Shown here in pieces: positions 35,648-43,571 of a stretch of 64,000 nt of DNA. The notes below the pieces were generated by a model, which searched no databases, had not been told where the DNA came from, and was given only the letters and a program-made list of their open reading frames with translations. A program made the position numbers and the translations under genes. Position 1 is the first letter of the stretch, and the number at the start of each line of letters is the position of its first letter. This DNA comes from Actinomycetota bacterium. GTDB lineage: Bacteria; Actinomycetota; Acidimicrobiia; Acidimicrobiales; UBA10347. The DNA lies in assembly GCA_039028435.1 (NCBI GenBank), contig JBCCIC010000001.1, positions 396,240 through 460,239 on the forward strand. Reading direction: 5' to 3'.

Positions 35648-35918
35648 GGACCATCCCCACACCCACGGACCCGGCTGCGGGCACGAAGCGATTCCCCACG
35701 GCGACCACATCGACTACATCCACGACGGCCACGCTCACCGAGAACACGATGGCCACTGGGACGAGTGTGTTCCCGCGGAGCACATCGTCCACGAAGACCA
35801 CCCGCACATGCACGGACCCGGCTGCGGCCACGAAGCCGTCCCGCACGGCGACCACGTCGACTACATCCACGACGGTCACCGTCACGCATGGCACGACGAC
35901 CACTGGGACGAGCACTGA
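35622..35918 (+). CDS. Small His/Cys/Asp-rich protein made of two 42-aa repeats (putative metal-binding protein, family not recognised)
   Basis: 26 His and 4 Cys in 98 aa. The repeats HxDHPHxHGPGCGHEAxPHGDHxDYIHDGHxHxxHDxHWDE are 33/42 identical. The start (ATG 35622 or 35640) overlaps the 3' end of the ArsR gene. Confidence 0.7.
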   Translation: MAPTCTMHKDHPHTHGPGCGHEAIPHGDHIDYIHDGHAHREHDGHWDECVPAEHIVHEDHPHMHGPGCGHEAVPHGDHVDYIHDGHRHAWHDDHWDEH

Positions 35919-35947
35919 TCGCACCAGCCTCCACGAAGTGATGCGGT

Positions 35948-35964
35948 TTGGTGCCTGGCACCAA
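35948..35964. repeat. Perfect 17-nt palindrome TTGGTGCC-T-GGCACCAA (hairpin or operator)
   Basis: Lies 30 nt after the His-rich gene stop and 64 nt before the BVMO start. No T-tract. Confidence 0.35.
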
Positions 35965-36027
35965 TCGTTACACGCGGGCGGCATCTGTCTCGGAGCGAAC
36001 CACGACTAGCACCTATCGTGGATTGGC

Positions 36028-37641
36028 GTGATGCACTATGACGCCATCATCGTCGGCGCAGGGTTCGGCGGCCTCTACGCCCTGCACCGTCTTCGCGACG
36101 AGCTAGGCCTGTCGGTGCGCGCGTTCGACAGTGCCGGCGGCGTCGGCGGCACCTGGTGGTACAACCGCTATCCCGGCGCGCGAGTCGACGCGCCGAGCAG
36201 CCCGTTCTACGCGTACACCTTCTCCCAGGAGCTCATCGACGAGTGGGACTGGAAGGAGACCCAAACCGCTGGATCGGATGTGCTCGCCTACCTCGAACAC
36301 TTCGCCGAGCGGTTCGACCTCCACAAGGACATCCAGTTCGACACCTGGGTCACCGACGCCACCTACGACGAGATCGAGCAACGTTGGGCGATCGAGACCG
36401 ACGGCGGGGAACATGCGACCGCTCGATTCTTGGTCTGCGCCACCGGTGCCCTGTTCGTCGCCAACAAGCCCGACTACCCCGGCATCGACGACTTCGCCGG
36501 CGAGTGCCATCACACCGGCCGCTGGCCCCACGACCCGGTGTCGTTCGAGGGCAAGCGGGTCGGCGTGATCGGCACGGGGTCCTCAGGGGTCCAATCGATC
36601 CCCGAGATTGCCAAGGAAGCCGCCCACGTCACCGTCTTTCAGCGCACGCCGCAGTACGCCTTACCCGCTCGGAATCGGCCACTCGATGACGACGAGCGCG
36701 AGCGCTACCGCCGCGACTGGGCCACCCTGCGCGACTCGATGTACCGACGCGGCGGGTGGCCGTTCCCCCTCCAGACCGAGCGCGCAGACGACTTCACACC
36801 CGAACAGCGACGCGAGCGCTACGAGGAGTTGTGGACCGAGGGCGGCATGCACCTCTCGATCAACAGCTACCGCGGCGTGCTGACCGATGAAGAGCTGAAC
36901 GACGAGGTCTCCGACTTCGTGCGAGACAAGATCCGAGCAGCCGTCGATGACCCGGCAACGGCGCGCAAGCTCCTCCCCGACTACCACTTCGGCACCAAGC
37001 GGCTCATCCTCGACAACGGCTACTTCGAGACGTACAACCGAGACAACGTCACCCTCGTCGACCTTCGCGAAGATCCGATCCAGTCGTTCTCGGCCGATGC
37101 GGTGCTCACCGAGCACGGTGAGCACCCGATCGACATGTTGGTGCTCGCCACCGGCTTCGATGCCGTCAGCGGGTCGATGCTCAAGATCAACCCAAAGGGC
37201 CGTGGCGGAACGCCGCTCGCCGACAAGTGGAACGCTCGCTTCGACACGTACCTCGGGATGGCCATCGCCGGTTACCCCAACCTCTTCATGATCCATGGAC
37301 CCGGTTCGCCCGGCGTGCTCTACACCATGCCCCTCGGCGGCGAACGCCAGACCGCATGGATCGAGCGATGCATCCGCCACCTCGACGAGGCCGGTCTCGG
37401 TTCCATGGAAGCCACCGAGGATGCCGAGGCGGCATGGGACTACGAGATCTCGTCGGCGGCAGAACGCACCCTCTACCCGCGCACCAAGTCGTGGTACACC
37501 GGCGCCAACATCCCCGGTAAACCGCGACAATTCCTCGCCCATCTCCGGGGCTCGCAGTACTTCGACCGGCTCGACGAGATCGCAGACAACGGCTTCGAGG
37601 GATTCGAGTTCGAGCCTGCGGTCGCACCGGCCACGCACTGA
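36028..37641 (+). CDS. Baeyer-Villiger / flavin-containing monooxygenase (cyclohexanone monooxygenase family)
   Basis: IIVGAGFGGL...GGTWWYNRYPG, the BVMO fingerprint FAGECHHTGRWP, and a second GxGxxG (GVIGTGSSG). Confidence 0.9.
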   Translation: MMHYDAIIVGAGFGGLYALHRLRDELGLSVRAFDSAGGVGGTWWYNRYPGARVDAPSSPFYAYTFSQELIDEWDWKETQTAGSDVLAYLEHFAERFDLHKDIQFDTWVTDATYDEIEQRWAIETDGGEHATARFLVCATGALFVANKPDYPGIDDFAGECHHTGRWPHDPVSFEGKRVGVIGTGSSGVQSIPEIAKEAAHVTVFQRTPQYALPARNRPLDDDERERYRRDWATLRDSMYRRGGWPFPLQTERADDFTPEQRRERYEELWTEGGMHLSINSYRGVLTDEELNDEVSDFVRDKIRAAVDDPATARKLLPDYHFGTKRLILDNGYFETYNRDNVTLVDLREDPIQSFSADAVLTEHGEHPIDMLVLATGFDAVSGSMLKINPKGRGGTPLADKWNARFDTYLGMAIAGYPNLFMIHGPGSPGVLYTMPLGGERQTAWIERCIRHLDEAGLGSMEATEDAEAAWDYEISSAAERTLYPRTKSWYTGANIPGKPRQFLAHLRGSQYFDRLDEIADNGFEGFEFEPAVAPATH

Positions 37642-37724
37642 TCCACCGAGAAGCCCACGTTGCGGCAGTGATCGGTCCGTGATAAACCGAACCCGAACTT
37701 GGTTTCAAAACTGGGAGTGTTCCC

Positions 37725-38783
37725 TTGAAGTACACGCGACTCGGCAACACCGGCCTCAAGGTCTCGCCAATCTGCTTCGGTTGTATGTCCATCGGCGAGC
37801 CGGGCCCCGGCTTCGCGTGGGCGGTCGGTGAGGATGCGGCCCGCGGACTGATCCGGACCGCCCTCGAGAACGGCATCAACTTCTTCGACACTGCGAACAT
37901 GTACGCCTACGGCACATCCGAGTCCCAGCTCGGTCAGGCCATCGCCGACTTCGCCCACCGCGACGAGATCGTGTTGGCGACCAAGTGCTACTTCAACTGG
38001 GAACGAGGGCCGAACACGAACCGGCTCTCGCGCAAGTCGATCTTCAATCAGGTCGAAGGCAGCCTGCGCCGACTTCGGACCGACTACATCGATCTGTATC
38101 AGATCCACCGGCTCGACGAGGACACGCCGATCGAGGAGACAATGGAGGCGCTCCACGACCTGGTGAAGCAGGGAAAGGTCCGCTATGTCGGCGCATCGTC
38201 CATGCACGCATGGGAGTTCCAGCACGCCCAGCACGTGGCCGAGGCCAACGGATGGACGAAGTTCGTCGCCATGCAGAACCAGGTCAGCCTGCTCTATCGG
38301 GAGGAAGAGCGAGAGATGCTCCCCTACTGCGACGCCACCGGAGTCGGTGTCATCCCGTGGAGCCCGCTGGCTCGTGGCCGCCTGACGCGAGACCTCGGCC
38401 AAACGACCGCACGTTCCGAAGGCGACTTCAGCGAGCCGGGCTACTACAGCGAGTACCACGAGGCACAGGGCGATGCCGCTCGAGCCGGCGACGACAAGGT
38501 CATCGCGGAGGTCCACACCCTTGCCGAAGAACGCGCGGTGCCTCGGGCACAGATCGGCCTGGCTTGGCTGCTGCAGAAGTCGGCCGTGACCGCACCGATC
38601 GTGGGTGTGGCCAAGGACAACCACATCACCGACGCCGTCGCCGCCACGGAACTCGAACTGAGCGACGAGGAGATCGAGCGCTTGGAACGCCACTACATCA
38701 CCCGACCACCCTTCATCAGCGGCTCCGATGCCATGTCCCGCTGGGACTTCAAGGTGACCGTCAAGGACACCGACAATGGCTGA
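37725..38783 (+). CDS. Aldo/keto reductase
   Basis: TTG start. MKYTRLGNTGLKVSPICFGCMSIG, DTANMYAYG and YIDLYQIHRLD. Confidence 0.9.
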   Translation: MKYTRLGNTGLKVSPICFGCMSIGEPGPGFAWAVGEDAARGLIRTALENGINFFDTANMYAYGTSESQLGQAIADFAHRDEIVLATKCYFNWERGPNTNRLSRKSIFNQVEGSLRRLRTDYIDLYQIHRLDEDTPIEETMEALHDLVKQGKVRYVGASSMHAWEFQHAQHVAEANGWTKFVAMQNQVSLLYREEEREMLPYCDATGVGVIPWSPLARGRLTRDLGQTTARSEGDFSEPGYYSEYHEAQGDAARAGDDKVIAEVHTLAEERAVPRAQIGLAWLLQKSAVTAPIVGVAKDNHITDAVAATELELSDEEIERLERHYITRPPFISGSDAMSRWDFKVTVKDTDNG

Positions 38784-39522
38784 GCGCGTCGCCGTCGTCA
38801 CCGGTGCCGGTTCGGGCATCGGCCAAGCCTGCGCGCAGCGACTTGCCGAGGACGGGTGCCAGGTCGCGGCCCTCGACCTCGACGAAGCCGGCCTCGCGGA
38901 GACCACAGCTCGGATCGAGGAGGCCGGACACCGCTGCATGGCTGTGACCGTCGACCTGCTCGATCGGCTGGCACTCGAAACGGCCTTCGCCACCGTTCGA
39001 GACCAGCTCGGCTTGATCTCGATCCTGCACAGCAACGCGGGAGGAACCGGTGGCGTCGCCTCTCGGACGTTCGCCAAGTCCTCCTACGAGCAATGGGATC
39101 GCTACATCGCGCTCAACCTCACCCAGAACATCGACTGCGCGCGTCAGGTCGTTCCGGCGATGATCGAGCAAGGCTGGGGGCGCTTGATCGTCACGTCGTC
39201 AGAGATGGCGTTTCGCGCCAACTGGGCGATGTCGGACTACGCAGCCGCCAAGGCCGGTCTGCTCGGCTGGGTTCGCAACGTCGCCCACGAGCTCGGCAAG
39301 TACGGGGTGACGGTCAATGCGGTGTGTCCTGGCGCAACCCGCACCCCGCTCGTCGAGAGCATGCCGGAGGAGCACCGGGCGAAGACCCTCACCGAGATTC
39401 CGTTGGGCCGCCTCGGCGAGCCGGACGAGATCGCCCATACGGTGTCGTTTCTGGCAAGCGAGGGTGCTTCGTATGTGACCGGCGAGTCGATCCTCGTCGC
39501 CGGCGGACGCACACTTCACTGA
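38776..39522 (+). CDS. SDR-family oxidoreductase (FabG-like)
   Basis: VVTGAGSGIGQA, the catalytic Y-x3-K (YAAAKAG), and NAVCPGATRTPL. Confidence 0.9.
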   Translation: MAERVAVVTGAGSGIGQACAQRLAEDGCQVAALDLDEAGLAETTARIEEAGHRCMAVTVDLLDRLALETAFATVRDQLGLISILHSNAGGTGGVASRTFAKSSYEQWDRYIALNLTQNIDCARQVVPAMIEQGWGRLIVTSSEMAFRANWAMSDYAAAKAGLLGWVRNVAHELGKYGVTVNAVCPGATRTPLVESMPEEHRAKTLTEIPLGRLGEPDEIAHTVSFLASEGASYVTGESILVAGGRTLH

Positions 39523-39523
39523 G

Positions 39524-39544
39524 CGCGGCCGGTCTTCGGCCGCG
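39524..39544. terminator. Terminator-like hairpin between convergent SDR genes
   Basis: CGCGGCCG-gtctt-CGGCCGCG is a perfect 8-bp stem. It starts 2 nt after the stop at 39522. Confidence 0.5.
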
Positions 39545-39566
39545 GACGATCGCCGTGGCCAGTTGA

Positions 39567-40328
39567 CTACTTCGGGGCGAAGCGAGTTCCGGCGTCAAGG
39601 CGGATCGTGTCGCCGTTGAGCATCGGGTTCTCGATGATCGCGATCGCCAGACGACCGAACTCGTCGGGCTGACCGAGCCGCTTCGGGAACGCGGCGTCCT
39701 TGGTGAGCTGCTCGCCGCGCTCGTCGCTGACACCGGCCGTCAGTCCGGTGGCAAACAGACTTGGAGCGATCGTCACGCACCGGATGCCGAGGGAACCCAG
39801 ATCGCGGGCGATCGTGAGCGTCATGCCGGCGATGCCGGCCTTGGCGGCCGTGTACGACACCTGCCCGATCTGGCCCTCGAATGCCGCGATCGATGCGGTG
39901 TTGATCATCACCCCACGTTCGCCGTCGTCGTTGGCCTCGTTCTTGCTCATGTGCCAAGCGCACAGCCGGTTGGTGTTGAACGTGGCGATCAGGTTGAGGT
40001 CGATCACCGCGCGGAAGTCGTCGAGTGAGTACGGCGCATCGCGTCCGATCGTCCGGCCGGCCTTGCCGCCACCTGCGGTGTTCAACGCCATGTCGAGACC
40101 GCCCATGGCCTCGACGGCCTCCTGGATGATGATCTCGATCCCTTCGTAGTCGAGCACGTTGCAGGGATGCCACGACCCGCCGAGCTCGGCGGCGACCTCC
40201 GCCCCGGCCGATTGTTCTCGATCGAGGATCGCGACCGTGCCACCGCCGTTGGCGATTCGAGTAGCCGTCGCCCGAGCGAATCCCGATGCGCCACCGATGA
40301 TGATGGCTCGCAGTCCGTTGATGTCCAT
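39567..40328 (-). CDS. SDR-family oxidoreductase (3-hydroxyacyl-CoA dehydrogenase-like)
   Basis: ATG 40328 (MDINGLRAIIIGGASGFARA), YTAAKAGIAG and CVTIAPSLFATG. The upstream part of the track ORF (to 40661) is shadow sequence. Confidence 0.85.
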   Translation of the reverse strand: MDINGLRAIIIGGASGFARATATRIANGGGTVAILDREQSAGAEVAAELGGSWHPCNVLDYEGIEIIIQEAVEAMGGLDMALNTAGGGKAGRTIGRDAPYSLDDFRAVIDLNLIATFNTNRLCAWHMSKNEANDDGERGVMINTASIAAFEGQIGQVSYTAAKAGIAGMTLTIARDLGSLGIRCVTIAPSLFATGLTAGVSDERGEQLTKDAAFPKRLGQPDEFGRLAIAIIENPMLNGDTIRLDAGTRFAPK

Positions 40329-40452
40329 GGGTGCCCCTTGTGGTCGGGTTGCGCCGATTGGTGTCGGTCGCCCGTCACGGTTGTAGTCGTCGGCGGTGAC
40401 CCTCTGGTAGAGCGCCGGCTGTGACTCGAGGTCTGGACATGGGGCACGCCGG

Positions 40453-41118
40453 GTGCCGAGGGCGTGGAACAATGACGAGGTGACAAACGCTCGATGGGAC
40501 CGCACCGCGCACCAGGCGCGGAGCGTGGTCACACAAGACCTGATGCTCGATGCCGCCGAGGAGCTCTTCGGCGAGCGCGGAATCAGCGCGACATCGGTCC
40601 AAGAGGTCGCCGAGCGAGCGGATCGATCGATCGGCTCGCTGTACCACCACTTCAGCACCAAAGAAGTCCTGGTGCATGCGGTCGTCGACCGGCTCCTCGA
40701 AGGGCTTCAGACCCAAACCGATCTGTTCTTCGCCCCCGACCGTTGGGCGGGGCGGCCGGCCATCCACGTCATCCGCGGCTACCTGCGCGGCGTGCTGAAC
40801 CTTCGCGATGGCCGGCCCGGCTACGCCCGGATCGGGCGCGAGCTCTCCCTGATGGATGACGAAACGCTCGCGCGTTACCGAGCGGTGCGAGAACGCACGA
40901 ACACCGGGCTCCGCGAGCTGCTTCTTGCCCGGCGTGACGAATACGGTCACCCGGACCCAGACACCTCGGTACGCGTCGTCGTCGACATGTGCATCGCGAT
41001 GGCCTCGGCCCGCATCAACGACGTCACCACGCCGACCTCCCTGCAGGATCTCCACGACGAAGCGTTCGTGACCGAGGTGACGGCGGCCTGCTCGACGATC
41101 CTCCAGGTCGAGGAGTAG
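40453..41118 (+). CDS. TetR/AcrR-family transcriptional regulator
   Basis: HTH region LMLDAAEELFGERGISATSVQEVAERADRSIGSLYHHFSTKE. The start is uncertain; GTG 40480 is possible. Confidence 0.8.
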   Translation: MPRAWNNDEVTNARWDRTAHQARSVVTQDLMLDAAEELFGERGISATSVQEVAERADRSIGSLYHHFSTKEVLVHAVVDRLLEGLQTQTDLFFAPDRWAGRPAIHVIRGYLRGVLNLRDGRPGYARIGRELSLMDDETLARYRAVRERTNTGLRELLLARRDEYGHPDPDTSVRVVVDMCIAMASARINDVTTPTSLQDLHDEAFVTEVTAACSTILQVEE

Positions 41119-41131
41119 CTCCTCGACCTGG
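41103..41131. terminator. Perfect 13-bp inverted repeat whose 3-nt spacer is the TetR stop codon
   Basis: CCAGGTCGAGGAG-TAG-CTCCTCGACCTGG, between convergent genes. Confidence 0.55.
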
Positions 41132-41193
41132 CGTTCGAGCTCGACGCACGATCGCGCTCGAACCTGATGCTCGACGATTCGCCGGGCGCTGGG

Positions 41194-41811
41194 TCAGCCG
41201 GCGGTCACGTAGAGGTTCAGCGACGCCAGCGCCCGATCCCTGGTGGGGATGATCGGCGCATAGTCGGGGTCGTTCAAGAACGCCTGAACAGCATCGGCCG
41301 ACGGGAACCTGGCGATCGCCACGAAGGCGGCCGGCGTCTGTCCGACCGGATGGCCGGCGATCGGCAGGTTTGCGATCGGCTGCGCACCATGCTTGGCCGA
41401 GATCGGTCCGACGACCTGCTGATACGCCGCGAGGTCTTCCATGGCCTGCGGGTTCGGCGCCGCGACAGTGACCAGGTAGACGCCGTCGGGTTCGGCGAGT
41501 TCCGTGACCTCGGTGTCGTCGACGATGTAGGCGTTCACGCACTCGATGCTCTTGTCACGGGCAGGCACCAGATCCTGGTAAGACGGCGAGTCGAACATCG
41601 TCGTGATCGCCTCCACGCTCGGGAAGGTGGCGAGACCGAAGACGACCGCCGGGGCGTCGCCATGGATGTGCTCGACGGCAAAGCGGGACGAAACCTCGGC
41701 ACCGGCCGCAATGGCCAGCTCGGTCGAGCCGGCGACATAGCCGTGGAACACCTCGACCTCCTCGGAGTTCGGCTTGGCCAGGGTGATGAGCAGGGTGGAG
41801 TTGGTGGTCAT
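41194..41811 (-). CDS. Tandem DUF1330-like (dimeric alpha/beta-barrel) protein
   Basis: Two ~95-aa halves with similar patterns (..FPSVEAITTMFDSPSYQDLVPARDKS.. and ..FPSADAVQAFLNDPDYAPIIPTRDRA..). Confidence 0.7.
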   Translation of the reverse strand: MTTNSTLLITLAKPNSEEVEVFHGYVAGSTELAIAAGAEVSSRFAVEHIHGDAPAVVFGLATFPSVEAITTMFDSPSYQDLVPARDKSIECVNAYIVDDTEVTELAEPDGVYLVTVAAPNPQAMEDLAAYQQVVGPISAKHGAQPIANLPIAGHPVGQTPAAFVAIARFPSADAVQAFLNDPDYAPIIPTRDRALASLNLYVTAG

Positions 41812-41901
41812 GATGATGGTTCCTTGTGTGATTGGGGTTGCGGGTTCGGTTTGGCTTGGGGTGTGGGTTCAGTGGGTCTGGGCTCGGCCAGTTGGACCGA
41901 G

Positions 41902-42831
41902 TCAGGCGGCGTAGGCGCGGATGATCGCCTCGGCGGCGGCCCGCGGTTCGTCCTCCTGCCAGAAGTGGCCGGCGTCGGGGAGGTCGAGCTTCGTCGCGTC
42001 CGGCCAAAGCTCGTCCCACTTCCGCAGATACGCCTTGGTCGTCAACGGCACATCCTTGAGGCCCATGATGCGGAGCATCGGGAGCCCCGAGAGGGTGGCT
42101 TTGACGCGCTGCTCGAGTGCATCGAGCCACTCCGCCTCGCCGACGATCGCCTTGGGGAAGACTGCGTGGCCGCGGCGGCTGTCGGGCGTTGGCGCCACGT
42201 CGAGGTAGTGCCGCATGACCTCGTCGCTCGGACGACGCTGCAGAAGGGCGGGCATGATCCGCTTGACGAAGGTGTGGCGCCTCATCAGCGACCGCTGGAT
42301 GAAGCCGAAGCCCATCAACCGCGAGAACGTTCGCTGCATGAAGAAGGGTGTCGCCGCCCACATCATCGTGTTGCCGGCGACCAGACCACTGAATCGCTCG
42401 GGCATCAGCGACGCGACCTCGAAGCCGATCGGCCCACCCCAGTCTTGGCCAACGAGGACGGCGTCGTGCAGATCGAGGTGCTCGACCAACTCTGCGACCA
42501 CCCGGGCGTGCTCGCTCGGCAGGTAGCCGTAGTCGGCCGGATGCACCGAGAGCCCGAAGCCGGGGTAGTCCATGGCGACGCAGCGGAAGTGTGGGGCGAG
42601 CAGCGGGATCATCTCGCGATAGAGAAAGCTCCAGTCCGGGTTTCCGTGCATCAGGAGCAATGGCCGGCCGGCACCTTCGTCGATGTAGTGCACTCGTCCG
42701 ACTGAGCTCTCGAACCAGCGCGATTCGAAGGGGTACAGCTCGGGGTTCGGCGTGAACTCGACGTGGTACGGCGCCGCGTCGGTGTCGATCAGCACATCTG
42801 GCTCGGTGGGCACGGATTCCATGGTGTTCAT
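41902..42831 (-). CDS. Haloalkane dehalogenase-like alpha/beta hydrolase
   Basis: YPFESRWFE..GRVHYIDEG.G.PLLLMHGNPDWSFLYR and the nucleophile elbow GQDWGGPIG. Confidence 0.85.
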   Translation of the reverse strand: MNTMESVPTEPDVLIDTDAAPYHVEFTPNPELYPFESRWFESSVGRVHYIDEGAGRPLLLMHGNPDWSFLYREMIPLLAPHFRCVAMDYPGFGLSVHPADYGYLPSEHARVVAELVEHLDLHDAVLVGQDWGGPIGFEVASLMPERFSGLVAGNTMMWAATPFFMQRTFSRLMGFGFIQRSLMRRHTFVKRIMPALLQRRPSDEVMRHYLDVAPTPDSRRGHAVFPKAIVGEAEWLDALEQRVKATLSGLPMLRIMGLKDVPLTTKAYLRKWDELWPDATKLDLPDAGHFWQEDEPRAAAEAIIRAYAA

Positions 42832-42858
42832 AGCTGCTCCTTCGGTTCGTCATTTTTT

Positions 42859-42874
42859 TGCACTGGTCAGTGCA
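42859..42874. promoter_or_regulatory. TetR operator candidate, perfect 7-2-7 palindrome
   Basis: TGCACTG-GT-CAGTGCA in the AT-rich 68-nt divergent region between the dehalogenase and TetR genes. Confidence 0.5.
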
Positions 42875-42899
42875 GTAGTCGTCGGTTAATATACACGGC

Positions 42900-43535
42900 A
42901 TGGTGCAAAAGGCAAGCGCGACATCGAATTCCGCCTCGAAGGGCCGGGGGCGGCCTCGCCAGTTCGACGCTGATCAGGTCATCAATGCCGCCATCTGGGC
43001 CTTCTTCGCCAAGGGTTTCGAAGCCACCACCCTCGGCGATCTTGAGGACGCCACCGGCGTCGACCGGTCGACGCTCTACAACAGCTTCGGCGGCAAGCGC
43101 GGGCTGTACGAGTCCGCGACCAGCACCTATCTCGACCTCGCACGGACGGGCCTCTTTGCGCCGCTCCTCGGCGGAGGCCCGGACGAGAATGACGGCTATG
43201 GCGACATCCTCGAGTTTCTCGATCGCCTGCGGAGCGGCCTCACGAGCGCAACCGCCATCCCGGGCTGCCTGATCGTGAACGACATGGCCGCCGGCGCCGA
43301 TCCTCGAGCCGCCCAGCGCTATCGAGAAATGCTGGAGGAAGGTCTCACCGCAGCGCTGGCACGAGCCGGCGAGAACGACCCCCAACGTCGAAGCGACCGA
43401 GCGGGCATGCTCGCCACCTCGGTGCTCGGCGTGAACCTCGTCTCGAAGACCACCGACGGAGACGCCCGTGAGATCGGGCGACTTGTCGATGCGATGATCG
43501 ATGAGGTCGGGCGGTGGCGCGCCGCAGCGACCTAG
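42900..43535 (+). CDS. TetR/AcrR-family transcriptional regulator
   Basis: HTH region VINAAIWAFFAKGFEATTLGDLEDATGVDRSTLYNSFGGKRGLY. Confidence 0.85.
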   Translation: MVQKASATSNSASKGRGRPRQFDADQVINAAIWAFFAKGFEATTLGDLEDATGVDRSTLYNSFGGKRGLYESATSTYLDLARTGLFAPLLGGGPDENDGYGDILEFLDRLRSGLTSATAIPGCLIVNDMAAGADPRAAQRYREMLEEGLTAALARAGENDPQRRSDRAGMLATSVLGVNLVSKTTDGDAREIGRLVDAMIDEVGRWRAAAT

Positions 43536-43571
43536 ACGCGCAACGCGGCCTCGCGGACCCGCAGTCTGGGC

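Noticed and set aside
36010-36020. The 11-mer CACCTATCGTG is shared with 28416-28426 and sits just upstream of the BVMO start.
   Set aside because: Only the right-hand half of the 28405-28423 palindrome is present, with no TAGG left arm, and the downstream gene has no iron link. Insufficient to call a regulatory site.
40329-40452. Possible TetR operator in the SDR/TetR divergent gap (GTCAC-N17-GTGAC; GGCAC-gccgg-GTGCC).
   Set aside because: The arms are only 5 bp in GC-rich sequence, which is expected by chance. It is not comparable to the clean 7-2-7 palindrome at 42859.
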